A stretch of DNA of 61,056 nucleotides, filler included. It is 8 parts of 8 records of this genome, joined end to end, with 100 filler letters (N's around TTAATTAATTAA, not from the genome) between each part and the next. Parts side by side here need not be neighbours in the genome. Positions count along the whole stretch, not along the records: positions 1 to 6,997 come from SRR7504441_2219; positions 7,098 to 18,085 come from SRR7504441_2220; 6 more parts are not named here. One strand, given 5' to 3'. Made by a program: the position numbers and the translations under genes. Shown in pieces: positions 1 through 13,800 of this stretch. Numbering within the stretch: position 1 is the first letter of the stretch; every line of letters starts with the position of its first letter. The notes beneath the pieces are model-generated. The model was not told the DNA's origin and did not search any database. It was given only the letters and a program-made list of their open reading frames with translations.

Positions 1-2504
1 TTGTCATTCTTCTTGTTCTTTTTGCTCTTCTTGCTCTTCTTTGATTCTTTTGGTGCATCCATGTGAGAGAGGTCGAGTGCAGTGATGGGAATCTGAACAC
101 AGCCCAAATCAAGACACTGCAATTATGCTATTTCACCTCCTCCACTGACACATCGTCTTCTAAGTTCTGGGCACCTGCGAGGTAGAACGGATCCTGGGAC
201 CAGCCAGTGAATCCACAGGTAAATACACTTGGTGATACCTTCTTTCTCATCTTGAGCAGCCGCTTCTTCTCCCGCTCCATCCGTCGCCGTTCCCTCTTGG
301 ACAGCATTGGTGCAATCATGATTGGATCGTTCGAGCCCGCGTCGTTTGATGCGTCATAACCACCTGAAGAGGCTGTGAGGAGCTAGCTGGCCCAGCAATA
401 CCTAGGTTGAAGATGCCAGATTCGGAAAACTCGTCAGGCTCAGGCTCAGCCGGCTCCTCGTTGATCCAGCTATCGAGGTCCAACCCGGCTGGCACCTTGA
501 CTTTGGCTTGGGCCTTGGCCGAAACCTGTCGTACAGATTCAGTGAGGTTGTGCGATATGAGCACCGGAATGAGCTCCTTGGAGAACACTTTGACCAGTGA
601 GCTGATTACTGCAGCATTGTACCCTCCCGGTGGAGCCGCGATCTCGGCAAGTCCACGGTACGCACACGCTCTCTCTTGCACCTCCATGTGGACAGAGTGA
701 GTGAAGAGCTCTATTTTCTCCACAAAGAGAGTGCGGAGTGAGGTGGCTGCCTCCACCGTGTTGCCCTGCCAGGCCTTCAAACCCCAGGACAGCATAATTA
801 ACAGACCTGCGACTCGACAGCGCTCATGGCGACCACCAAGGTTTTGAAAGCAGCCTGCACAAAAGCACCCTGCCCCATCCTTGTCAGCACTGTGGGCTGT
901 ACTGTTGTTGCACCTGCACGTGCGCCGGCATGAAAGCTATGCGTGGCTGCAGCAACCCTGCAAGAGCCTCCGAGTACTCCGAGCTCTGGGCTGACGTAGC
1001 AAACTCGCCAGCGACCCAGGCTGCCGCACACAGCACTTCCTGGATGCTGTGGTCAGTAGCTGATTCGCTCATGATGTGCTCGTTGTGCATCAGCTGCACG
1101 AGCCTGCTGAATGCGAAAGGCCGGAGAGATTCGACCCGGACCGTGATCTCCACGATTTGGTCGCCGATCAGCGAGCCAGTCCTGAGCCCGCGGATCATCG
1201 ACAGGTCGACCAGCATTGCCAGGAACCTGCCACCGACTGCTCAGAGCAGCCCCGGTCAGAGCCGTACCAATCAAAGTCCGACACAAACTCGTACGTGTCC
1301 TGGGCGCAGGTGGTGACCAGCCTGCGCACTAGACTGTCTCGGTATTCGCCGTCCGATTTGTCGATGTGCTCGCGCAGCTTTCTGCAGATGTCTGGTAAGT
1401 TCTTAGTCGACGCCATCCCTGTCACACCACATCAGCCTCTGCACGACCGACTGGCCGGGCACCGGCCAGCAGCTCGAGCACGCGCATTCGGATGGTGACA
1501 TCTTCGTCGTCCAGGCACTCGAGGATGATATCCTTGTGCGGCGCAATCATCCTCGGATGCGATTTGATGATATTGCACAGCCCGACCAAACCGAGGAACT
1601 TGAGGTTGGGGTCCGGCTCGCTCACAAACGTCCGGAGCTTCTCGGTGCACAGCTCCATCAGGTTTTTGTTCTCGGTGATCCCGACGGTGGCTGTGTTGAT
1701 GCATTCGTACAGCAGTGACTTTGCTGGGGTGGTGCTGATAATGTTGGTCAGCGGTTCAGTCAGCTTTTTGGCCAGCCGAGGCTCGAGCGGGCAGAGCGCG
1801 CCGAGCAGCTTGATGATTTTGATCAGCATCCAGTTGTTCCCGGAGGAGGTCAGGATCTTGAAGAAGATCGGTGCCAGAGCCAGGTAGTTTTTGGGGTTCT
1901 TCCGCGCGAGCTCGCAGATCACGTTCACTGCCGCAGAGACCACTGCCACCTCCGGGTCCTGCAGCTTCTCCTTCAGCTGTGGGAAGGTCGGCCGCAGCGC
2001 GTCCGGGAAGTTTCTGAACACCTTGTACGTTAGCAGCGTGGCGCGCTTGCGCAGGTAGTGCCGGCTGTGCGACATGAGCGAGACCACGTCCGGGGCCAGG
2101 TCCGAGGCCAGCTCAGGGGTCATAATGTTGGCCAGGGTGTTCATCGCCACCGACGCCTCGAACGGGCTCTGGTTGTACAGCAGGTCCTTTTTGAACAGGT
2201 TGGTGGTCAGCAGCGTCACCTCGGAGCCCGGTTTGATCGCAGCGCAGGCCACCATGTAGCCGATGCGCTTCTGCCAGAACACCTGGCTGGCCATAGCCTC
2301 GACTGCGTTGAACGCAGCCCAGCTGATGTCGAAACCGAACATCTGCAGGTACGACAGCTTTCGCAGCGCCTCGACTTTGAGATCATTGTCGGTGCTCTTC
2401 AGCTCCTCCTTAATATCCTTGAGGCAGCTCGCGATGAACTGGCGCTCATCCTTCTTGTGGGCACGCAGCCCTTTAACCAGGTCGCTCAGGTTCTTGTGAA
2501 ACAT
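1..2504 (-). CDS. AP3D1: AP-3 complex subunit delta (adaptin), multi-exon, 3' end runs off the window
   Basis: N-terminus MFHKNLSDLVKGLRAHKKDE..., ELARKNPKNYLALAP, NNWMLIKIIKL and AKSLLYECINT are delta-adaptin motifs. Exons join through 41-44-nt GT-AG introns, e.g. LAG|MASTK and DFDW|FLAMLVDL. Confidence 0.95.
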
Positions 2505-2625
2505 CTGGAGCGTGAGCCGCGAGCCCCCCGCCGGCCTGCACGCGGGCTCGTTACCCTATGCAATCGCCGTTGACACCGTTGATGCCGTTGGTTGGCGAGG
2601 GGGAGCGTTCAGGGAAGCTGCGGAC

Positions 2626-3996
2626 ATGTCCCTCAACTGTCTACCAAGTCCGGGAGGCGCGCCGGCTGATTCGGTTCTCGACCTCGACCCCACGACGGAA
2701 GCCTCAAACACGGCAGATGCTGTGAGTGAGCAAACGGAGCCCCCGGAGGCGGCGGGAGCTGTCCAGAACATTGGGGTGGTACGGGTGGGGGAGCTGGAGC
2801 TCGATGAGGGCAAAGGAGGGCCGCCCGATGAGCACCATCCGGGCTCGGATCATGGGCCGTGCTGCTGTTTCTTGTGCATTCTCTGCTGCCCGTTCATGTG
2901 CTTCCGAGGTGCGTGTCGCGTGCTGACATGCTATTGCTGTTGCAACCTGCTACACTCAAGCGACCCGCCTGCGCCCACCGCGGCCGAGGTGGGCCACCCG
3001 CCGGACACGGGCCACCCGGGCGGGAGTGGGGTGATTGGCGCGGCCGAGGCGAGTGAAATTCTCCGGAGCGACGAGTATGATCTGGAGCTCCTGCTCTCGT
3101 TTGGGCGAGGGCACGTCAACTCCGCAGGGCACATGGCGCTGTGTGTGCGCGACGGCGATTCGGAGAGAGTGTACTCTGCCAATTTTTATGCTGACGGGGA
3201 GCACGACGGGGACGGGAAGCACTGCAGCACGCCGCTGGTGCTCGAGATAGACCGAGACGAGTATTTGTGGGCCACTGAACAGCCGTCGCAGTACGAGCCT
3301 GGCCTCGAATTCGGGACCGACTATGGCGAGTGCTACGCCCGCTCGGTGCTCGGAGTTCGGTTTACCGGCGTCCCTGCTGCGGCGAGGGGCGCCATACGCG
3401 ACTGGGTGGCAGAGGCTAACCGCAAGCATGCAGACGGTGAGCTTGTTTATGACTACACGGGGGTCAACTGTGCGTTTGTCGGTGGGTCGCTCATGCAAGC
3501 AGCGGGGTTTGAAATTGACATCACCGAGGCCACCGGGGCAATCTCGTGCAATATTCCGATCCAGATTGCGCTGGATTGTGTGAAGTTTGCTATGAAGAAA
3601 GACATAACTGTGCACTCGAGCCTCTACAAAAAGTATGCTCATTCAACCTACTCTCCCGACCCGGCCAACTCGGTTCTCGAGTTCAAGGACTCGAGAAACT
3701 GCTTTCCGTCGTTCCGGTCTTTCGACTTTCTCAATGATGAGGACGAGTACGAAGCGTGGTGCAACCTCAATGCGATCCATCTGTTTCACAAGTTGAGAAA
3801 GTGGACGGTGTCGGTCGATGACGACATTCGTACGCTCGAAGTGACACACGAGCAGCCAGAGATCCTGGCCGAGGCGATGGAGCAAGCGGAGAAAGATGCC
3901 CACAAGGAGGCAAAGCATGTGTTGCAACGTGTGGTGCGGGTCTTGGGCTTCAAGGCTAGTTCATCGACCGACCTCGGAGAATTGTATTGGGGTTAG
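2626..3996 (+). CDS. Hypothetical protein: Cys-rich segment plus probable permuted papain-like (His...Cys) catalytic domain, intronless
   Basis: Single ORF from ATG 2626. GPCCCFLCILCCPFMC...CYCCC is followed by AGHMALCV and YDYTGVNCAF, the GH / Y-x4-NC pattern of permuted NlpC/P60 (PPPDE, LRAT, DUF4105-type) folds. Confidence 0.55.
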   Translation: MSLNCLPSPGGAPADSVLDLDPTTEASNTADAVSEQTEPPEAAGAVQNIGVVRVGELELDEGKGGPPDEHHPGSDHGPCCCFLCILCCPFMCFRGACRVLTCYCCCNLLHSSDPPAPTAAEVGHPPDTGHPGGSGVIGAAEASEILRSDEYDLELLLSFGRGHVNSAGHMALCVRDGDSERVYSANFYADGEHDGDGKHCSTPLVLEIDRDEYLWATEQPSQYEPGLEFGTDYGECYARSVLGVRFTGVPAAARGAIRDWVAEANRKHADGELVYDYTGVNCAFVGGSLMQAAGFEIDITEATGAISCNIPIQIALDCVKFAMKKDITVHSSLYKKYAHSTYSPDPANSVLEFKDSRNCFPSFRSFDFLNDEDEYEAWCNLNAIHLFHKLRKWTVSVDDDIRTLEVTHEQPEILAEAMEQAEKDAHKEAKHVLQRVVRVLGFKASSSTDLGELYWG

Positions 3997-4243
3997 GGTT
4001 CGGGTGCCTCTCGAGAGCGACATCTGATGGGCGAGATAGCCGCACCATAGTCGCACCATAGCGACTTACTGTAATGGCGACATACATTTTAATTAATTAC
4101 ATATAATGCTTCTTTTCTTTATCTATATACCGGCGGTCGATGTCCATCATCATAGTTATACCGGCATTGATCAGCGCACGAGCAGCTCAGCAGCACAACT
4201 ACTCTCTAGTCCCTCTTTTAAAAGTCCACTTGTGAATTACTCC

Positions 4244-6900
4244 TCAGGCAAGGTATTGGGAGAACGATCCTCGCTCCGCTCCCACTTCACTGTATATGTC
4301 GCTACTGGCTTTCTCGGATGTTGATGTGCGCTCGTCACAATCAGCCCAGTAGCTCGTGGGCTTGAGGAGCTTGGCAGCGCTCGGGAAGCGTTTAGAGTGA
4401 GTCCGGGGCGTGCTCTTCTGTGTGCCTCTTCGTGGAGTGGTACGCCGTGAGCCCGGGGTCAGGCTGGTGAGCGAGCTGGGCTTGGAATGGCTCCTCCTGG
4501 GCGTGTTCCCGACACTCGATGCTCCAAACATGATTGAGCTTTACACCAGCACCAGTGAGAGCGGCCAGGCTGGTCTAGCCACCTATTGTCCAGGAACGAC
4601 CTCTGTGAGCCCTTTGCAGCCGCACGACTTCGGGTCAGAGCGGGCTGGTCGTACTTGACTACTGGCGCGGCTTGCTCGACCTGCGAGGCGCGGTCAGCCA
4701 TCAGGATAGTCGCCAGTTGACCTTTGCTGTGACATAGGCCAGCAGATCGGGGCCGGCCAACGGAATGTTGCGGGCAGGGTCGCCTTCCTTGGACTCGAGA
4801 ATCACGTGCCCAAGGTCGAGCACAGCCACAGGGCTGTGCGGTGACTCGAGCACGTGCAGCATCTTGTTGATGCACCGTTGATCCATCTGCGGACCACTCC
4901 CCATCTGCCGACCCCGTGACCAGGCCCGGCGCTGCCAGCCACCCAGCAACTCATTGCCACCCGCTCCAGGCTTGAGCTCTCCAGCAACGCATTGGCCACC
5001 TGGAGAGCGCCGGCCACCCCGATTGGGTTGCCCAGCAGCCCAAGCTCGCGCACGCCCTCGTTCTCGAGCGCAGCCTCGGCCAGCGCAATCGCACCCTCCT
5101 CGCCAATTTTGTTCCAAGTCGGATTCTCCTCCGGCTCGTACGCCGCGTGCCCAGCTGTGCAGACTGAGCCAAATACTCGCACCAGCAGCTGCGCGAACCG
5201 GCCGAGAGGTGTACCGGCCGAAAGGTCCGAGCTCCAAACTGCCGACTCGTCTATTGTGCGGCCGGACGGCCCAACATGCCCCAGCTCCAGCACGGCCAGC
5301 CGCTCATGACCCGCCAGCGCCTCGGCTAGCGCCAGCGCTCCTGGGCTCGAGATGGCATTGTTCTGAAGGTTAAGGTGAGTAAGTGATGGACAATCGGCCA
5401 CCGCCTTCGCAATCGCCTACACCGGCGTGAGAGGCCACACCGGCCGGTCAACCCACCTTGGCCCCAGCGTTGCCCATCCTGGTGTTGGATATCTCGAGCG
5501 TGTGAAGGCTTGGGGCCAGTGCTACTGCCTCCCCGAGCACCCGAACGCCCATGTCAGTCACAGCCCCGTGAGCCACGCAGAGTGAGCCGAGTCGGTCCAG
5601 ATTCCACAGTGCCAGCGCTATGCAGTACAGCTGCTCGTTGTTCACCTGGCCAGCCGCTCGCAGGGTCGGGGGCAGAGCAGCCGGGCCTTATCCCCGCAAT
5701 ATTCGAGCCGGAGATCAGTTCCTTTGTTGGCAGCCACTTGCTGCAGCACTGACCGGAGCGGCGTCACCAGCGAATCCTCGCACACACTCAAGTAGCACTC
5801 CTTGAACCGCCCCACAGCGTCTGCCGTCCCGTGAGCCCGCGCGCCCACGCTCTCGGCACCGCTGCAGCTGGTTCGGGTTGGGTCTATTTCTGCTTGCATG
5901 TGCTCAAGAACTAGGTTGCCCTTGCGCATCCAGGTCTGAATCATGGCCACGTAGCACAGCGACGACCCAAACTGGAGCACCATTTCGAAGCTTCCAAGCT
6001 CCTGGTTGCTGTACATGTCCCTCACGTTGCCTGCGCACGGCTCGAATGTCCCAGGGCACCTTTGGGGCACCTTTCAGCATGAGGCTCAAAGGCAGACCCT
6101 TTGCTCCGGATGGGCCAGAGGGCTTGCGCTCCGTCTGCTTTCCGGCTCAGCCCGGGCAGCCCGCCGAGCCGGTCACCACCAAGCCCTCGTAGTGCCTGCC
6201 GTGCTCACCGTAGTCTTCAAATAAGGAGATCGACACCCTGCAGCCTGATCAGCCAGCTAACCGGGAGCAGTCCACTGACCAGGTCTTGGCCTGCACTTTG
6301 ACCGAGCCCTTGCAGCTGCCCCGACAGGCTGCACCGCCCTGCCCGCCGGCTCAGTGCACCCAGCCTACGGTCTGGACCCACCTCCTCTGCGGTGCAGTGA
6401 CCACTGATCTGGCCTCGGGCGTCAAACTTGAGCTTGAGCTGGGGCAGCTGGACGGTCTGGCTCCCTGACCCGACCTGAGCCCGGGCCCCTCCCGCCGGGC
6501 CACCGTGCTCTCCGGTCAGATGGCCAGAAGCCAGGCACCAGTCGCGCATCCGTTTGACGACCATCCCCGCCGCCGCCTCCGCTTCCCGTGGGGTGCCCCG
6601 GCCGCTATTCGGCGGGCGTGGTGGCTGCGCCAGTAGCTTGGGCGGTTGAGGCGGCGGCTGGGGTGGCTGCGGTGGCCGGGGCGGCTGGGCTAGCCGCTGC
6701 AGGACGGGATGCTGCGCCTTGGGAATCAGCGAGGCCCACGGCTCGCAGCTGCACAGGATCTGGACCAGCTCCCGAAACCGGACCCGCCGCTGGTCCCCCG
6801 ACCACTGATCCCGGATCGGCGGCAGATCCAGCTGCTCGAACAGGGCGAGCGACTCGCCCGCAAACAGCCGGCGGGCGAGCTGGGAGAGCAGCTCCTCCAC
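4244..6900 (-). CDS. Leucine-rich repeat (RNI/RanGAP-like LRR) protein, multi-exon
   Basis: LTHLNLQNNAISSPGALALAEAL, WNKIGEEGAIALAEA and LGLLGNPIGVAGALQVANAL repeats spread over ORFs joined by ~40-nt GT-AG introns. Start position uncertain. Confidence 0.75.
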
Positions 6901-6997
6901 TTGCCCGATGGCCAGCCAGCCGGTCCGGTCGGGGTCCGCGGCCTGGAACAGGTCTCTGGCCGCGGCATGGATCAGCTCGGCGGCCCGCTCGGTCTTC

Positions 6998-7097
6998 NNN
7001 NNNNNNNNNNNNNNNNNNNNNNNNNNNNNNNNNNNNNNNNNTTAATTAATTAANNNNNNNNNNNNNNNNNNNNNNNNNNNNNNNNNNNNNNNNNNNN
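6998..7097. other. Artificial contig linker (N44-TTAATTAATTAA-N44)
   Basis: Identical 100-nt six-frame-stop spacer repeated seven times in the window. Confidence 0.98.
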
Positions 7098-7271
7098 TCG
7101 GTGACAAGTCGACATCAAATCGAGAAAACCGACTCGAGCCGAACCGGCGCTCGGCATGCTAAGGCCTAGCACGCGGGCTGGCTGCATGAACAGGGCGCTG
7201 CGGCACGGGGCATGCGGCGGTATGAAAACCATTTCTGTGTATGGATGTTTATGTACCAGTCTAGCGCCGCC

Positions 7272-7740
7272 TCATGCCTTGCTCTGGATCTTACGGTCGT
7301 TGAGGAACCGCCGAATCCGTCGGAGCAGCTCGTTCTTAACTGTGTCGGGCACCGTGTCTGCCCCCCGGGTCTTGTGGGCCGGCCGGGCCGAGCACCTCGG
7401 GCGTGCGGGGTGATCTCCTCCACCAGCATCTCCAGCGAGATATCCTCCAGCCCCTTGCGCCGGATCACATCTGCCGGGGCTTCGGCCGAGCTAGGCCGGG
7501 TTGGTGCACCGGCGCAGTGCTCCTTGAGGCTGTCGCGCCAGCCGCTGGAGAGCAGTTTGCTCTTCAGCAGCTCCTTGAGCTGAGCCTTCTCCCCGCTCTG
7601 CTCCAGCTCCAAGTTGATCTGCTGGCGCAGCTTGGCCTCCCGCACCCGCAGCCCGTCCTCCAGCGGGCCCGCCCTGCCCCCGGCTCCCCAACCCCGCGGC
7701 CCGCGGGGGCTCACCCCTCGTCGGGAGTGTCAGCCTCCAT
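7272..7740 (-). CDS. ENY2: Transcription/mRNA export factor ENY2 (Sus1), 4 exons
   Basis: Spliced product MEADTPDEG...LEQSGEKAQLKELLKSKLLSSGWRDSLKEHCADVIRRKGLEDISLEMLVEEITPHARDTVPDTVKNELLRRIRRFL matches the ENY2 pattern. Introns are 38-42 nt GT-AG. Confidence 0.92.
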
Positions 7741-7819
7741 TTGGGGTCTGGCTTCCGTTGCTGCTCGCCGGCCGGCTCGACCCCCTTCAAAAGACGCACC
7801 GGCAGCCAAGTAGCCCGCG
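7741..7819. promoter_or_regulatory. Probable bidirectional promoter (ENY2 / IP3 receptor)
   Basis: 79 nt between divergent start codons. Inferred from geometry only. Confidence 0.5.
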
Positions 7820-10800
7820 ATGCCGCCGTCCCGGACCAAATGCCAGTTCGGGGATGTGGTCACGCTGCACTCGCCGGAGCTCAACGGCTGGCTCTACGCC
7901 CGGCAGGCCGGGGCCCAGGCTCAAGTGCTGCTCGACCGGCTCGACCCCGAGCTCTGCAGCTTCCCGCCCAACATGCTCGACTGCCGGTTCCGGCTGTGCG
8001 CCCAGCGGCAATACACCTCGCTCCAAACGCTCCGTAAGCTCCAGGCCCAGAGCTCCCGGCCAGGCAAGGCCCTCCGGACCGCCCAGCGCGCGTTTGAGGT
8101 CGAGGAGAGCTACAACAACAACGAGGAGATCCGGGCCGGGGGCAGCCCGCTATGCTACGGGAACGTGGTGCAGCTGCTCCAGCTGTCCGAGGACAAGTTC
8201 CTGACCCACTCCGAGGCTCTGGCCAAGGAGGACACCGAGAGCTTTAGGCTGGAGCTCGATCCTGTGGGCCACCCGGGCGCCTGGTGGCAGGTGCGCTCGG
8301 CTTACAAGTTCCGATCGGACGGCGACTTTGTGCGGTTCGGAGACAGCATTGAGCTGCACGAGGTCCCCCCGCCGGGCGGGGTCGGGGGCGAGCGCAAAAT
8401 GCTGCACGTGGCCGACACGCCACATGAGGACTTGGGTGGGCAGCATCAGTATGTCCAGATGAGTTTCGATGTCAATCTAGCCAGCGCTCCGTCCCGGCTG
8501 GTGATCGCCCCGTGGCGCGGCTCGGAGGACCACGCCGCTACCAGCGACGGGCTCCAGCGCTGCTCCACTGTGTTTGGAGGCGCGATCTTCTACTGTGCAC
8601 ATAAGGAGATCGACTGCCTGCTGGCGGCCCAAAGCCAGCAGTCCGCGCTGAGCTGGCTCCCAGTGCAGCAGTCGCAGCTCCAGGCCGGCCTGGTAGCCTA
8701 TAGCAACGCGCTGTGGAAAGTGGAAGCTGCTGTGCTCTCGTGGGCGGGCCAACACGTGCAGTTCCAAGGAGCAAACCCTAGCGCAGAGACCCGTTACAGA
8801 CTCAAGCAGGTGGCTACGGGCCAGTACTTGTGTGCTGAACGGGACGAGCACGGCGCCGGGGCGTCGGTTTCGCTCACCAGCATGTACATGGACACGGCTT
8901 GTCTGTTTGAGTTTGTGCCCATCGATACTCTGCCCGACGAGACAGCCGGAACAGTGCGGCATCAGGCCCCTCTTTACATTCGGCACGCCAAGACCGGGAC
9001 CTGGCTGGCTCGGGGCCGCGGCGACGTGGCTGTGCTCTGCAGCGACGGACTTGACCGGTCAGACGCGATGATATTGCTCCCCGCTGACCCGGAAGCGTCG
9101 AATGCCGTGCTCCGGATCAAGATGCTGCTCAAAGAAGTCCAGGCGTTCGACGCCGGGCTGACCCACTGGCTGACCCTGCCGCTGTCTGAGCTGCACGCGC
9201 AGTTGGCGCAGTCTGGACCCGAATTGACCTGTTCGCTCACTGCGCTGATCACAGGCTGCGTCGTCTCAGACAATCCTGACCCAGTCACGCGGCATGGCCC
9301 CGCGGTGAGCTCGATGCAGGTGCTACTCCGGGAACAGGGGGTGCTCGACACGGTGCGAGCAGCTCTGGTTGTTGGGTCTCGAACCGGGGGGGGCAGGTGT
9401 TTAGTCTGATTGAGAGGTTGGTGTCGGTGTGCCCTGCTCTTGCAGACCAGCACGAGGAGCTCCTGAATCGAGTGCAATCGCTCGGCAGACTAGCCTACCG
9501 CGTGCTCACGGTTGCTTGCTTTGACAACCCGTCCAATCGGTCATACTTGTCGAAGCATGCTGCAGTAATGGTGGAGCACACTGGTGAGAGCTCGGTCTGT
9601 CGGGCGTGAGCGGGATGGCTAGGCACTGGGACCCGAGCCGCTGAGACTCTTGCTGAAGTCTTTACAGACAATACGCAGCTGCTAAACTCGCTGGACGAGG
9701 CAAGCCTGATGCGCTTCGTACAGGCAAGGCGGCCAGCCACACCCCAATACTCAGCTTGACTTTACAGATTTATACGTCGGATCCCAAGCCGCGGTTCCTT
9801 CACCTGTTCTCGTCGCTGTGCACATGCCACGGAAATCCAGTGCCTTACGTCCAAAAGATGCTCTTCCGCGGTTTATTGGTCAACAGCTCTGGGGAGTTGC
9901 CACGGCTTGTATACCCAAGAGATACTCTGGGGAAGACAAGCAACGCGGCAGTCATCTTGGAGTTCAAACAAAACAAAGCTGTTGACCCTCGGACGTTCAT
10001 CGACTGCGAGTCGGCTGTGTTGGAAGGTGGAAACTGTGCATGCTGGCCCTCATTTGGGGCAGGTGATTCTGCAGCAATGGGTGACGACCAGCTTCTGTAT
10101 CGATTGCTCATCCAGACGCTGCGATTGCTCAAACACCTGACAATGGGCAGGCACCAGGAGAATATTAAAAACTTGGTCGAGATCGCTGAGCAATATGGCG
10201 TGTCGTTCAAGAATCTGAGCACCGTGGTGGCCGACAGTACACTGCCTCAGATGCTCAGATCAACCGCACTTGACCTGATCTGCAGCGCATACCTGGATGT
10301 TCCGCCGCAGGTTCACAGCACGCACATGTGCCCTTTGACAAAATGTGCTGTAGGTCCCAGTTCAGCTTGTGGAGTACACCAAGGTCTGGTCCAAACTCAA
10401 GTCCTCTGACCGTGGCTACACGCGCGATTCCCGCCATTCCTTGTCTGGACAGAGCGACATGGTCGCCCTGCGGCAGGTTCTTGTCGGCGTCTTCGCTGAG
10501 ATCGCGTCTGTCATTGATGAGCACCATGAGCAGCGACAACAGCTCGAGGATGACGGTTCGTATGAAGGTGGCTCTCCCCTATCCGCCTCCTCGACTCCAG
10601 GAGCAAACTTCTTGATGCCACACGATCTGCTCGGGGCAGCGCTACGAGCGTACGAGCTCTTCTGTACATTCGGGCTATCATCACTCGCAATGTGCCGGGA
10701 CGAGTTGAATCTGGTCGCGGAGCAATTGCTCAGGTTCATTGCCGTCTCGCAAAGTGACATTTGCCCAGAAGGCCAAACGGCTCCAGTGGCCTTGGCCTGG

Positions 10801-13800
10801 CAGGTGCAGGCATGCATGGTGTTCGAGAAGATGTTCGACATGCGCGCGGATTATCGCATACAGACCACAATTGATGCCTTTGAGGCCGAAGGCGTCGAGA
10901 CGGCCAAAGACCTTAGTGAGAGCCTGCACGGCAGGCTGTTCGACGCGCCTATCATTGGAACCACCTGGGCTGCACAGACTGTGGGCGAGCTGGTCGGCCG
11001 GCTGCTAGAACTTGCCAAGTGCGATTGTGATTACGGAGTATCCAAGTGCGGCTTCAATCTGCTGTCCAGACACTTGTCGCAGCGGACGCACTTCTTCAAG
11101 GAGCTTCGCAGGGTCACAATACTGGTCGAGCCTGAAGCTGCTGCCATCTACAACGACGTTCAGAGCAAGCATCAGATACTCATGTCGCAGCTGCAGGGCG
11201 TAGCTGACCGAAATTCAGTGGTAATTGCCGAGTGCTCCGAGCTCATTGACAGCCTGACCCAGCTTTGCAGCCCAGAAGACCAGCTGGATGCGGCTGGGCT
11301 TCTCTCTCCTCGCAGCAAGTGTGTGCAGCAAGGACACACAGAGCATGTGATTCGACAGCACCAAGATCTGCTGAGAGATGTTGGCATTTATGATCGCATA
11401 CTAACCATCCTCAGGCTACCTCTGCGGCGCATACCAAGACCAGGCGCTCTGGATGCGCCAAAGAACCCTGAGCGATGCGAGTTGTTCGCCACCTGTTACA
11501 GGTTCCTCCGCCAATTCTGCCGTGGCAACCCACAGAACCAGGAACTTGTCTTTTCCAACATGGACCTCTTCTTCTCTCATGTGGGAACCGAAGGGCTCGA
11601 TGTGGCAGTTGCAATCTCAGAATGCGTTCGAGGGAACCGGGCCCTTGCTGCCCAAGTGAACGAGTCGGTATTCCGCACTTTTATCCAGTCTATCATCAAG
11701 TACGGCAAGCAGCCCAAGTGGCTTGACTTCCTCGACGCATTCGTGGTGGTAGACGGCCGACCCCTCAAGAGGAACCAGACACTCATATTACACCTCATTC
11801 TGCAAGAAGAAGACGAGGTAGTCTTGGAGATGGATGGCGACCAGGGTGGCGACGAGGGATCCGACCTAGTTCGCGAGGGAGATGCTTCTCGACTCGAGCT
11901 GATGGCTGCTCGTGAGCATATGCTCAATGGCGAAGGCTCGTTCCTCTTGTATCATACGACCTGCCTCAATCTCCTCAGCAAGTGCGCCGAGGGCCGAAAT
12001 CAGAGCACCCAAAGCAAACTTCAGGAGCTCCTCCCGTTGAGCCAAGTCTTGGAAAACATTCTGACATGTGGCTGCAAAGAGGATGGCGCAGATGCTGGAA
12101 TCGATGATGACACTTTGCGATTCATAAGGCGGCCATTCCTGGAGTTCTTCCGCAGTGTCCATTTGGATGTTGATAACAAGGATGCCCAGCAGACTATCGC
12201 GAATTTTACGGAGGAGCTATGGCAGCCTGGTGGGCTCATGGCATTGCTCCAAGAAGAGACTCTTAAGTTGATTGCCAATCTTGAGAAGACCAGTGTGACC
12301 GCCCCAGATGGAACATTGCAAGCTCTGGACGAGGAAACTCTCGCATATTCAAGCAATGCCGATGGCGTGGTTCAGCACGTCGACTTCATATTCCTGACCT
12401 TCTTTCCAATGCTAGCAACTTACATGAACCATCATTGGACAGAAATTTCCTTGCGGGTCCCGCAGTCTGCCTTGGCTCGTGTCATCGATGGCTGCTGCAC
12501 AGTGATCCAGAGATTTGCTGCTGCAGGGATGCAGATGAGCGGCTCGGAGCCGCAGCTTAACAATGCAACTTCATTGCTTTACGCATTTGAATCAAAAGCT
12601 GAGGGCAAATGCTTTGGTGCCGAAGAAATGCAAGGACTGCATGAAGTAATCCAAGAGGCCCGCGCTCTATCTCTCCAGCACAGGGACACCAAGGGCGACG
12701 AGCGGCCTGGTCAACAATTTCTCACACGGTGGGAAGGTTTCCAGTCTCAGCTGGCCCACTCGCTCGGCATCACTGATACAAAGCAGTTGATTGGCCGTGG
12801 ACTGCGCGAGCTGTGCACCGTGATCTCTACAGACACAGCAGCCATCAAGAGTCTTGCTCAACTCTCTCTTCATATTTGCCTCTCCGAGAGCAGTGGGGAA
12901 GACTTTGCAACTGACCGGGGATTTCTACTTACTGGGCTTCGGGCCCTGCGAGGCATATTTTATCTACACGCCGAGGAAGACTGGCAACTCTTCCTGGACG
13001 GCGCCCAACCTCCTGACAACGAATCTTTGCTCCCCTTGCAGTGCCAACTGTCTGATGCTGGTATCTTCGAAATGTGCACCGTTGCTGTGTCACATGGAGA
13101 CCCGCAAATTGTGCTCGAAGCTTGGCTCCTTATGGTTGCCGGGTTTCTCAACACCAACACGCATGTGCAAGACGCTCTGCACGAGTACCTCCAATCGACT
13201 GGTAAATCTGCCAGTTTCTTTGCGTCACTCCAGATACACCTTCGCCGAGCTGCAGTCGACATTGTTGAACGAAAGAGGTTTATGGAACGTATGAAGGAGA
13301 AGAAACGGGCCCTGAGGATTGCTGACACCTTCTCTGAGATGACATTTGCATCACGGGGAGACTCAACTGCCGACACAGCAGCAACTGGGCACACCTCTGC
13401 AACTGATCTGGGTGGTGAGCTCGCAGACGATATCGATGATCCAGTCAACTCATTTGTTGAGCAGGGCCACATTCTACCTGTACTGAGTGCGATTCGCTGG
13501 ATTTGTAGTGGGCCTCATGTCGATCTGCAGAATTTGATGCGATCCAACGACAGTAATGTCGACTTGATCACTGAACTAGTGACATACCTTCTCGCGTTGG
13601 AGCAGGAGCTTCTCGATGCAGCAAGCAGTGGCAACAAAAAGCCGTTGCAAGTAGCTGAGAAAGTGTTTCGGGCCCTCCTGACGCTCGTTCGAGGGCCCAA
13701 CTGGCCCGCTTTCAATACCCTTATGAGCACGAAGCTATTTGAAGTGATCAATCGAATTTGGGGCAAACTGCATTATGACGATAACATGGATAACTACAAG

